Source of the DNA: Hemiscyllium ocellatum
Taxonomy: Eukaryota
Length of the DNA: 64,000 bases
Reading direction: 5' to 3'
NCBI RefSeq assembly: GCF_020745735.1
Contig: NC_083430.1
Coordinates: 39,484,909-39,548,908 of the forward strand
Below the pieces are notes generated by a model. The model was given only the letters and a program-made list of their open reading frames with translations. It was not told the DNA's origin and ran no database searches. The position numbers were made by a program, and so were the translations under genes. Numbering within the stretch: position 1 is the first letter of the stretch; every line of letters starts with the position of its first letter. This document shows positions 51,791-63,361 of this stretch, one piece after another.

Positions 51791-52299
51791 ATTCACGCTG
51801 AAGTGAGAAAACCAGTGGACCAAATAGACATTTATTATAATCAACAACCTTTATTGTTTCCAGCTTTTGATTCCCATTTTATGTTAGTCATTAAATTTAG
51901 ATTCTACTTATGAACTTGGTACGATTCAAAACTCAGACCGTTAGTTTGCCCCTCTGGATTACTAGTTCAGTGTCTTTACCACTACCCCCTCAACTCCCTC
52001 AAAAGACCAGAATGCGGCTAAATGATTAGTGGTAAATTCTCCAATGATGAAGCAGTGCATGTCCACATGGTGCAAATCCTAGACACAGCCAGGCTTGAGC
52101 TAGTAACTGGCAAATAATAGTACCACAAATGTGTGAGGCTGTAATCATCTCCAACAAGAGACCACCTAATGATTGTATTCAATAGTCTACTATCGTCAAA
52201 TTTCCCACCATCAGCAGGATAGGAGAGGAAGTTAATTCCCCAAAACTTCACAATCCACAAGCACAAGTCAGGGATGCAATGAAATATGCTCCAGATGGA

Positions 52300-52630
52300 T
52301 GTGCTGAGGGACAAAGTTCAAGACTATGTGCTGAGAGTTGTGCTAACGTTTTGGGCGGGTGCCACCTGGGTGCAGTGGGGAAAGACCACTGTCTAGGGTC
52401 TTTCTGCTGAAGTTAAATAATGGTCCGTTCAGTCATCAGACTCTCCTGGTGCTTCAAATGTATGTAAATGTAATCTTGTCTAAGTAAGAAATGCCTTGGT
52501 TTGTCTGCTGGATAGAATCAAACTCCAATGTTTGTTTCTTCATGTGCTACTGTACAGAACTGAACTGCTTAAGTGACTATGTATGGATATAAAGATATTT
52601 TTATGGATAAAGTATATTTTTGCAATAATG
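52300..52630 (+). mobile_element. Tx1/L1-clade LINE 3' end
   Basis: KVQDYVLR...VQWGKTTV* followed by an AT-rich tail. Homologous to 56755-57185. Confidence 0.6.
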
Positions 52631-52871
52631 AAAAGGATGTAGCTACAACAACTTAAGAAGCTCATTATTGTCCAGGACAAGGGAGATTATTAAATTAGGA
52701 CCCAATCCATTCCCTGCACCACAAGCCAATCATTACTAGTGTTATCCTGAATGCAGGGTCTAACGGCAAAGTGTATATCACCTTTCCAAACAGATGGGGA
52801 AAGTGGTAAGAATCTGTATGATCCAAGTACAAACTGTGTGGCTGAGAAGGTCAGTACTAAAGGAACACTGT

Positions 52872-53132
52872 AAAAACAATGACTGCAGATGCTGGAAACC
52901 AGATCCTGGATTAGTGGTGCTGGAAGAGCACAGCAGTTCAGGCAGCATCCAACGAGCAGTGAAATCGACGTTTCGGGCAAAAGCCCTTCATCAGGAATAA
53001 AGGCAGAGAGACTGAACGCTTCAGTCTCACTGCCTGTATTCCTGATGAAGGGCTTTTGCCCGAAACGTCGATTTCGTTGCTCGTTGGATGCTGCCTGAAC
53101 TGCTGTGCTCTTCCAGCACCACTGATCCAGAA
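52872..53132. mobile_element. Young PLE-derived palindromic element with 14-bp TSD
   Basis: 111-bp inverted arms (52906-53016 and 53020-53130, 5 mismatches, 3-nt loop). TSD TAAAGGAACACTGT at 52858-52871 and 53133-53146. Confidence 0.92.
53039..53072 (+). ncRNA. Minimal type-I hammerhead ribozyme motif (mirror copy at 52965-52995 on the - strand)
   Basis: TC-CTGATGA-A-GGGC-TTTT-GCCC-GAAA-CGTC-GA: both conserved core boxes, a 4-bp stem II, a palindromic ACGT minimal stem III and a GUC cleavage triplet (cut after 53069). Confidence 0.7.
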
Positions 53133-54043
53133 TAAAGGAACACTGTCCCAATCATGGCTGAGGATGTCATTTCTGTTCAAAGCAGATTCAATCTGCAATT
53201 GAAATGGTTTTTCTATTTTGAACATGAAATAGGGAGTTAACTGCATAAAGCAGGGGTAACATGAGATTATATTTCCTGTGTTGTTGGCGACAATTCTGCA
53301 GGTGGTTATAGTAAGACCACTGAAGAGAGAGTTATTAACATTGGATGTAAATCCAATAGATGGAATCTTATCAGGATCTGAGCAATGTGAGCTATGGTGA
53401 GATTTGTGGCAGAATTGGACAAGACATCTAGTGAAGCCAATCTTGACACGATGAACTTCTTTTATGCTTTTCACAAGTAGTGGAGTGAGTTTCTGGTCAG
53501 ACAATAGCAAGTTGGCAATTAAAGATAATTATTACTAGTGACGCTTCATTAACAGCCCAACTCACCTTATTAATATTCAGCTTTCTATCTGACCAAATTC
53601 ACCAAAAAGGGCTGGACGTCGAGAAAACTTGACTTTGAAATCCGAGCAGATATTTGGCACATTCAGCTCAGCCCTTACTCTGACAACTTGGCCGACATCT
53701 GAGTGTACACTCTGTGGGCACTGGCCTCATGTACCGCATTTCTACAAAATTTGGCATCTGACGTGTCAGCAACTAAGTTACCTTGTGACACATTTCCGAT
53801 CCACCTACAAGTCGCTTCGACACTTCAGTGCTGCTCCCAAGGCTGCACTGGCAACTATTATTTTAATGCTACTGTTATAACACTGTAGTTAGGCGTACAT
53901 GCCCAGCTCATTGACTGGACCAGGCTGAATCACCAGGTTCTTTGCTCACTATTATAGAGTACACTCATTTTGAGCTTATCTGAATGCCTATAGCATCCCA
54001 GCCTTGCCATTTTGCGCTTTGACCCCTCAGCCAGAGTGGAATT

Positions 54044-55403
54044 ATAGAGTCACAGAGATGTACAGCATGGGACAGCCCGTTCAGTCTAACTCATCCATGC
54101 TGACCAGATATCCATTTGCCAACACTTGGCCCATATCCCTTCCTATTCATGTACTCATCCAGATGCCTTTTAAATGCTGTAATGGTACCAGCCTCTACCA
54201 CTTCCTCTGGCAGTTCATTCCATACATGCAGCATCCTTTGCATGAAAAAGTTGCCCTTTAGGTCCCTTTTAAATCTTTCCCCTCTCCCCCTAAACCTATG
54301 GTCTCTAGTTCTGGACTCCACTACCCCAGAGGAAAGAGTTATTTAACCTATCCATGCCCCTCTTGATTTTATAAAACTCTATAAGGTCTCCTCTCCCTCC
54401 AATGCTCCAGGGAAAACAGCCCCAGCCTATTTAGCCTCTCCCTATAGCTCAAACCCTCCAACCCTGGCAACATCCTTGTAGATCTTTCCTGAACCCTTTC
54501 AAGTTACACAACATCCTTCCTATGGGAAGGAAACCAGAATTGCACACAATATTCTAAAAGTGCCCTTAACAATGTCCTGTAAAACTGCAACATGACCTCA
54601 CAACTCCCATACTTAATGCTCTGACCAATAAAGTAAAGCATACCAAACGTCTTCTTCACTATCCTGTCTACCTGAGACACTTGCTGTCCTCTAAGAAAAC
54701 CTTCGTTGTCCACTACACCTCCAATTTTGGTGTCATCTACAAACTTACTAATTATACCTCCTATGTTCACATCCAACTCATTTACATAAATGACAAAAAG
54801 CAATGGACACAGCACCAAACCTTGTGGCACACCACTGGTCACAGGCCTCCAGTCTGAAAGGCAACCTTCCACCACCATCTTCTGTCTTCTACTTTTGAGC
54901 CAGTTCTGTATCCACATGGCTAGTTTTCCCTGTACTCCATGAGATCTAACCTTGCTAACCAGTCTACCATGAGGAACTTTGTTGAACACCTTACTGAAGT
55001 CCATTTGGATTACATCCACTGCTCTGCCCTGATCAATCTCTTTATTATTTCTTCAAAAACTTAATTAAGTTAGTGAGACATGATTTCCCATGCACAAAGC
55101 CATGTTCACTATCTCTAATCAGTCCTTGCCTTTTCAAATACATGTAAATCCTGTGCCTCAAGATTTCCTCAACAACTTTCCCACCGTTGATGTCAGGCTC
55201 ACTGGTTTATAGTTCCCTGGCTTTTCCTTACCACCAATTTTAAATAGTGGCACCACGTTAGCCAACCTCCAGTATTCTGGCACCTCACCTATGACTATTG
55301 ATGATGCAAATATCTCAGCAAGGGGCGCAGCAATCATTTCCCTAGCTTCCCACAGAGTTCTATGGTACACCTGATCAGGCCCTGGGGACTTATCCACTTT
55401 TAT
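54044..55403 (-). mobile_element. 5'-truncated CR1 LINE with internal deletion near 54680
   Basis: ORFs 55158-55436, 54504-55019 and 54091-54321 carry DKSPGPD, GVPQG, SKFVDDTK and WNELPEEVV. Confidence 0.9.
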
Positions 55404-55964
55404 ATAACTTATGTTACCTCTGTCTTGCCGTACCATTTAGCGCAGATACAAAGGAAGGAAGCTTATCATGGTTGTCATCAGATATGTCAAGGCAATGGAG
55501 AAAGTCTTCACTCAGGGGGGTCCTGGCACTGTAAATCAAGGGCAGCCTCTGATACAAACCCAGGTGTTAGAAATAGTCACTCAGCCACTTGGGACAGTTA
55601 GTCAGGATGCTCTCCACATTAGAGGTGATGGGTTGAATATCAGTCAGCCCATCACATGCCTTGACTCTTTCTGCCCTATTGTTTGCTGTTTACCCCCTCA
55701 AATGAGAGAGGCAGGTATTATAGATTACCGGAAGTGGGTGGCACAGCTGTTACTATTGGTGCAGGTGGGGAGTGTCCTGAGTGAGTGAATGGACAGTCCA
55801 GGGGTCATGTGCAGGGCTCGTGGTTTGGGGGTTAGGTTATTGACAGCAAGTCAAGGAAGATTATTCAGGCATCAGTGAGAGTGGCAGAACATCAGCCTTG
55901 GTGGGTACAGTAGCAGAGATGATAGTGTGAGTGGAAGTACTGGGGAGAAGATGGTGACACTTAC

Positions 55965-56189
55965 ACTGGCAGAGTGAAGTAGGTCATTGACCTTCTTTCT
56001 ATAGTGATGCATATTTCTCCAGAGGCTGAGACTGCACTGACATGTCGGGGAGTGGGGTATGGTCTGGTGTTGTGGCCTCTCCTGTTGGTCGTGGGGAAGG
56101 AGGAAGTCCCATGTCAGCATCACCCTATCCAGCAAGACCTCCAGGACCCTGCCTCCAAAGTGGGGAGCTGATTACACCCTGTCCGCCAT
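55965..56189 (-). pseudogene. Decayed Myb/SANT-like DNA-binding exon, probably from a Harbinger/PIF transposon (surrounding relic about 55410-56365)
   Basis: MADRV*SAPHFGGRVLEVLLDRV...DFLLPHD...WRNMHHYRKKVNDLLHSAS followed by a GTAAGT donor. Pattern resembles APRF..LE.LL..V...LFP...R...CRKK.NDL of Harbinger Myb/SANT proteins. One in-frame stop. Confidence 0.55.
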
Positions 56190-56754
56190 ATCCAGGACAA
56201 ATATCAGGAACAGTGCAGGGCAGATCCAGATTGACAGTGCTTGTCCATCTGCACAACAGGCTTTTAAAGATGGCGTAGGTGCAAGGGATGCTGCTGAATT
56301 CCAAATATCCGGAGTGGCAAATTGTTCTGAGAATGGTGCATCAGAAGGTGGGGGTAGAAATTGGACGTGAGGAATTCCATGGAGTGGAGGGTCTATTTAC
56401 CCCATTCATGCCCCTCATAATTTTATAAACTTCTGTAAGATCACTCCTCAACTTCTGATGCTCCATCCTCTATTTTCAGTTCCCATTTGCTGTTCTGAAA
56501 CTCGCATCATATCTAATTTTTTACCTCTCTCAAACTACTATTTTCTCCTCCAAAGGATAGATGGCGAGACAATAAATGCTTCTTGAAATAAATTCCTCTC
56601 TAATTCTAGACAATCCTTTCCTGATGTGCTTCCCTTGAAGTGACTTTGTTTTGTCTAAAGTTTGTATTCCTTTACCCAGAGAAAAATCTGAGTTAAGCTG
56701 AGTAAACATTTCTGTGAACACCAACCATTACCTATCCTTGGTTGTACGTTCCTC

Positions 56755-57185
56755 ACATTTATTTTCAAAAATATACTTTATTCATAAAATATCTTTATAT
56801 ACGTACATAGTCACTGAAGCAGTTCAGTTCTGTACAAAAGCATATTAAGAAAACAAACAAACATTAGAGTTTGACTCTATCCAAAGGCATTTCTTACTTG
56901 TACAAGACTATATTTACATCTGTTTGAGGCACTGAGAGGGTGCAATAATTGAATGGATCTCTATTTAATTCCAGCAGAAAGAGCGTAAACAGTGATCTTT
57001 TCCCACTGCACCTTAATGGCAGTTGTGCCAAGCTTTAATACTTCCCTCAGCACATTGTCTGGACCTTGGAATATGCTAGTCTACAGCACTTAGTCATGAT
57101 CAAATCCTTGCTCTGAGAGTCCAACAAGTTTCTGGCAGATCAAAGAGCATCTTTCACTGAGTTGATGGTCCTCCAGGCAGTCGAC
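56755..57185 (-). mobile_element. Tx1/L1-clade LINE 3' end
   Basis: Minus strand, with frameshifts: AWRTINSVKDAL*SAR...CCRLAYSKVQ...LKLG....QWEKITV, then an AATAAA-containing tail. Confidence 0.65.
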
Positions 57186-57985
57186 ATTCCTCACATTCCT
57201 CTTAGTGTGCAGTAATAACATTCCTGAGCCTCTGTTGAATATCCACCAACTTGATGAGTTCACCCAAGATTCCTCCCTTTACTGTTGTGGGCAACTAGAA
57301 CCATTTTTTACTAATACTGTCACTCAAATAATAGAGTGCATTTACAATAAAAGCATTAAAGTTTAATTTGTGAATATCCCAAGGCCAAATTTCAGGTCAG
57401 TCTGTGGGAAATAACAAAAGCTCATTAAACTGTAATTAAATTGACTTCATGCAGAATTGCTACATTAAGATTCCTGGTTTTTCTGCATTCCTAAATCTCA
57501 GAATCTTGGGCAATATCTGCAAAATGGGATTAATCTGAACTTGCATTAAATGCTTATCAGTTCAGTTAACTGAACTAACAAGAATGGTGAAAGTAGTTGA
57601 ATCGATCACATTTTTCACAATAGAGAGACCAGAGGAGCAAATTATTTTCCTCAAAACAGTATCCATGCCATGTGTAGGTGAGTGTCCTATGAGAATAAAA
57701 TTATCTTCTCAGTTGCAGTATATTTTACTGGAATCAATTTGGTTCTTGCTACTTCCAGTTCACTCTCTCTCTAGATTCAAAACATGTACCCTTGGATTAG
57801 AAATTCCGCCATAAGCCTTTCCATCTCTTTATGCTGCTTTTCCTTTATGACATTCCTTAAAAAAATACCTCGTCGATCAAACATTTGATCATGGGACCTT
57901 ATACCTCTTATGTGGCTTGATGTCATTTTATAAAACACTCTGCTAAATACATTCTAATGATCAGAGTTACAGCTAACAGCTGTAG

Positions 57986-58035
57986 CTCTGTGCTAGATCT
58001 CTCTCACCTCTGTGCTAGATCTCTCTCACCTCTGT
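57986..58035 (+). repeat. 22-bp tandem duplication (CTCTGTGCTAGATCTCTCTCAC) x2.3
   Basis: Read directly. Confidence 0.9.
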
Positions 58036-59719
58036 ATTCGAAAATTGTAGATTTCAGATTTTGTTCTCAGACTTGAATCACACAATCCAGACTAACATTC
58101 CAATGCTGCACGGAAAATGTACTTCAGTGGTGATCAGATTTGTGGCCTGAGCAATTTTTATTCCTTAGGTAATATCACAAAGACAGATTATCTGGTATCG
58201 TTACTTTGCTGCGTGTGGGTTCTGCCTTCCATGTTTCCTACATTGGCACAGTAATTAAATCACACTTCAAAAATATTTAATGTAAAGTACTGTGGTAAAT
58301 CCTTAGGTTGTGAAAGGCACAAGGGTTGTGAAAGGGTTCTTTTAGTGCTGAGATATTCGTAACTTGGGTCCCTGTTGACGTGTACAAATTATGAACAGCT
58401 GGAAGGAGCATTGACTGCACATAGTACCATGGAAAACAGCACTATTTAAATCCTGCTCCCTTCCAACAGAGCATACGAGGAGATTCATTAAACCATGCTG
58501 CAATACTAAATGTGAAAATTCACTTGAAAAATGTCCCAGTGTTAATACTTAATATACACAATACATGAGCACCTCTTGCAGCTTTCAGAGCAAACAGATT
58601 TTAATTCATCATTTTGTGCTGGAGTTGAAACTTGGCTCCTGAGGTTCTATGCCATTTTTCAACAGCACATTCTTAATCTGTGACTTGTATAACCTGGAAA
58701 ATGTTTCCCAAAGTGAAGGTCAGGATCCCAAACAGGGTCCCAGCTGAACAGTTGAGGTTGTGCGCTCTGAACCAACAATGGCAGACTCCTCTCTCCCTAT
58801 TCTAATAGGTCTTCTCTCCTCATTACCCAGCAGCCCCTCCCACCACGCTTTCTGTTTTCATCAAGGAGTTGTGACAATTTTCAAAACTCAAAATGGGGTC
58901 ACATTGGAAAGAAATTTGGGAAGCACTGACCTAGAAGGATAAGGGCAGCAAACGCGTGGGAACAACCTTCACATTTCCCTCTAGGTAACACATCATCCTG
59001 ACTTTGAAATTATGTTGCTATTCCCTCACTATCTCTATGTCGACGTTTCAGTAAAATTCCCTTCTTACCAGCACTGTTTGTGTAACTACACTGCAGTGGT
59101 ACAAGAAGGTAGCTCATCGCCATTGTTCAGGGAAATTAAAGATGGGGAACAAATGCTGGTCTTGCCTATGATGCTCACATCCCATGAATAAATAAAGCAA
59201 TACACAATTCCTCAACAATGCAAACAATAAAATCCCAAGTTTGTAGTTTGGTAATTTGATAGATCAATTCTTAATTCAAACTGGGGAGCGGCTGAGGTAG
59301 AGACTATGAATAATAATAGGGTTTAAGCATAAAGCCTCAGCAGGTCAAACACATTTTAGCAAAGGAGATGTATCCTAAACCTGGAAAAGCCACTAGACAC
59401 AATTGGACTAATACAGTTTACAGTTCCATCAGATGCCATTGGCCCAGCATGTAATTGACAAGGTGTGACAAATTTATTACACAGTGTACCTGGCGCAGTA
59501 TCAGAACTACATTAGATGCATTGATACACTGAGTTGAACTTATCACATCAAAGCAGTAAATCAATCTAATTTCAACACAAATTGTACAGTGTTGCATGGA
59601 ACAGCAAAATCTAATAAAGCATAATTAATTATGCTTTAGTGACACTAAGAGTCAAATCCCAGAAGAGTTCAGCAAGGAATTCAAATCAGCAAGGAATTCA
59701 AATAAGGTGTTTAAGGATT

Positions 59720-60040
59720 GAAGACACCGAGAATATTGGAGAAATTCAGCAAATCTGGCAGTGTCTGTGGAGAGAGCAAACAAAAAAGTTAATGTTTCGA
59801 GTCCAGAGTTACTTGCAGGTGGGACTAGATTGGGTTGGGGTATCTGATTGGCATGGAAAGGTTGGACAGAAAGGTCTGTTTCCATGGTGTATATCTCTAT
59901 AGCTCTATGACTTTAAGGCACGTTGGACTCAAAACATTAATTCTGCTTCTCTCTCCACAGATGCTGCCAGATCTGTTGAATTTCTCCAGCATTCTCTGTG
60001 TTTGGTTCAGATTCCAGCATCTGCAGTACTTTGCTTCTAT
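59720..60040. mobile_element. PLE-derived fold-back split by a CR1 tail inserted at its centre (about 59813-59912)
   Basis: Arms ggagaaattcagcaaatctggcagtgtctgtggagagag and ctctctccacagatgctgccagatctgttgaatttctcc flank a CR1 tail ending ctctatagctctatga. Confidence 0.7.
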
Positions 60041-60209
60041 TTGAATTCAAGGGTCGGTCTGGTTCCTTGGTACATATTTAGCAAGATACTGAAAACTAAC
60101 TCACTTCTATTGTTGTTAGCAGTTGTTACTGTCATCGTCACTGTTGTTTTTACTGTTACTATTTTTATTTGCAGTTGCAACTGTTATTGTAACTAATATT
60201 GTTACAATC

Positions 60210-60625
60210 TAAAAAAAATTCTCTAGATGTGGGGATTGCTGACAAGGTCACAACTTATTACCCGTCAGAAATTGCTGTGGGAAGTTGACGGTGAAACTTG
60301 TTCTTGAAATGCTGAGCAGTTTAACACAACTGAGCTGCTAGCCCTAAACTAAGTCAGTCAAGAATCAACAATGCTAATATGGATCTGGAGGAGTCACATA
60401 TAGGGTGTACTGGGTAAATGCAATAGGTTTCTTCCTTAAAGTATATCACTGAACCAGTTAAGTTTTTACTACAGTCTGACAGTTTCATCATTACGTTTGC
60501 AGATACCAGTACTTTTCCACAGATTTTTAAACCTGAATTAAATTTCTTGAACCGCCTTAATGGGATATGAACTTATGCCCTGGATTACCAAGTTCAACAA
60601 CAGAAACACTAGTTTACTGTACTCC
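60210..60625 (-). mobile_element. Old tRNA-headed SINE sharing its 3' tail with the 2785-4590 family
   Basis: Head cctggattacca...actgtactcc at the right end; tail gatgtggggattgctgacaaggtca...ttattaccc at the left end. Confidence 0.5.
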
Positions 60626-63361
60626 AGAGGACAATATGACTATCCATTACACAGTATGACTAGTACAGTGCGGAAATCTAATACATAATGTGACTGGTAC
60701 AGTGTGATAATCGCAACGCATAAATAACCAGGCAGTGTGACAATTCCATTATATGTGATATATAGAAATCTCTAGCACAAACAGCAATCGTGCTGGGTGA
60801 TTGAATATAAGGCTGAGATAGACATATTTTGACCTCCAACAGGATGAAGGAGCTCAAGCAGGGCAGTAAATTTAAGGTCACAATGAGATCAGCTATGATT
60901 TTAATAAATTAAGGATTGAAATCAAATGGCCTATCCCTCTTCTATTTTCTTTATTCATTCATGAGATGTGGGATCACTGGTTGGGCCAGCATTTCTTGCC
61001 ATTGAGGTGTTGATGAGTTGCCTTCTTGAACCACAGAAATGTATTTGCTGTGTGATGTGTTTTGTTATATTTGACAGAATGCAAAAAGCTTGTAACTGAA
61101 GGTAAGAATTATATATTTTTAATAGACAACTTTGTACTTAGTTTTCATTTGTGATTGGAAATTTGAGATAGAACACATCAACACCAATACTTGTTTATTA
61201 CTTCAAATCATGGTAAAACAAGGTAATACATTAGAACACACTAAAAGACTGACAGTATTGAGGGAATCCCAGGCTGGGCTAATGAGTAATCTGCTAAATA
61301 GAGGTTGCTATCTCAGGGCTGATCACCAAGGCCAAAAGTTAACAAAGGTTAATATAAGATCATATTTGATTAACAAAATGCAAATTTCTCACAACTGGGT
61401 GAGAGGTGATTACTCAGAATAAACTGTTGTAGATTACTGAGGATCAATTATTGGAGACAAGTCACTGGAGTTGGTCACTCAAGTAGATCACAGAGACACT
61501 GGTCATTAAAGATCAGTGACTTGGGACAGGTTACAGGAGTTAGTTATTGGTTATTCTTAGGATGCCAGTGATGGTTTAGATGACTTGCACTCAGAGTATG
61601 GGGATGTAGTTGTCAATGCGAGTCCGATGTCTCTGGGCTATACATTCCGCAATCCATACAATATTCCGACATTCCTGCTCCTTCAGTTTCATATAGGCAT
61701 GGAACACCCCAAAGTGAAACTGGTTATTAAATGCCATTACATTGAGCTTCACCTGAGAAGGAAAACAAAGTTACAATTGGATTGATCCAACATCATGAGG
61801 ATCTCTCATACAGGATGTGAGAACACCTGAATTGAGATGAGTGAGATACTTATTTTGAGGACTAGTTTCTTTGATTAAAAGCCACATATCCATTTCCTGA
61901 TACAGTAGAACCAAGTCCTGCCAATGTCTTCAGATGTGACTTCGTAAGTGACTTCCCTTCTGTCTGATGTGGATGGGAAGCATATCAATGTCATGTTACT
62001 GATGTGGAGGTGTCCCTTCCAGCTGTTTCCCTCTAGGCTGCAGTTCAGATTATTTCCAAAGAGTTTCTCACAGAAAGCACCAAACCAAAACATAGGCCAT
62101 CGTTGAACCGCTACACCTCTTTAGGCAAGCAGCAGCACACAACTTCTACCCTTTGCTCTAGAACATGTCTTGGTGGCCAGTCTAAGTCTGAGTCAGCCCT
62201 TGGCCAATGTACTTAAGGTAACTAATCGAGGAAATACAGCATGAACCCAAACTCGGTAGACACAAAAATGCTTTACGTATTTTGAGAGGCAGGTGGAAGA
62301 AGGGGGCAGCAGTAATGATTGGAGGATTTCAAGGTGAATAAGAGACAGGTGAGTGACAGTAGGGAATGGGTGATGAAAGGGGATCAGTGGTCTGAGGAGC
62401 CCAGTTGGGATTATTACCTCATATTCAAAGAACTTGTCCTCCAGTGTCTTCTCATTGGAATTCTTCTCTGCACCTTCAAACAAGAGTTTATATTCCTGAC
62501 AGATGAGAGTAAGAGGCAAGTCAGAAATAAACATTATCCCAGGCTAGGATCCCATGGACTGAAACTTTACACCCCTCCCCCATCAGAAGCTGTATTCTGA
62601 CATTTTGAATGCTGACTCTGATGAGGCTGTGCCAGAGTCAAGGACTTCCACTAAAAGGTGACTCGGTGACAGGATACCAGCCTCTGTGGAGGGGTCATCT
62701 TGCCTGCCACTTACCACCTCCACTGGTGTTTAATCAGATGGAGACAAACAATCTGTTCTTAAGTCAATTGAGGGCCTGAAATAGCCAATTAATAGTACCT
62801 GAAGGACCTCGTCTCTGGTGGAATTTTACCAGCAGTTGACAGCGCCCACATTATGTAGTAAGGCTGCCAGGTAAATTCTGGGAGTCTTGTTTTGTTTGCC
62901 ACCCTGTATCCAACGGAAGATCTCCCCACACCCGACCCTAACAAAACAGACAGTACTGACCCTCCTCCCACCTCCTTATCCATGCCCTCACCTGCCTAAC
63001 TAGCCCCGATAAGATTGCCCCACCTACCCAATATAAAATCTAGCCCATGTGCTCTAAATCCCTCTCTAAATCCCTGTGGTAGAGACAGACCTAAAGAGTC
63101 CTTACAGTGACAGGGTCAGTTCAACATTCCTGCTCCTCGTGGTTCACAAAGAGTTCACAGAGAGGTAAAGTTTGAAACTTGCCAGAGCCGCTTGAGAACA
63201 GGCCCTCCTCTCGTGTTACCATGCAGCTGCCAAGTGTCAGTGTAGGTGACCCAGACTGCTATTAGCAGGAGTTTTCCCAGAGCAGGGATCTTCATTGGGA
63301 ATAATAGATTGCCTGGCTAGAAGCCAGGAAGGAAGCAGAATCTGATTTTAATTTTAATCCC

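Noticed and set aside
61875-62093. 72-aa minus-strand ORF as an exon of a neighbouring gene
   Set aside because: No similarity to TRNP1, TENT5B or any family I recognise, and no clear splice signals.
62640-63047. MITE-like element ending in taaaatctagccc
   Set aside because: I could not identify a matching left TIR or TSD with confidence.
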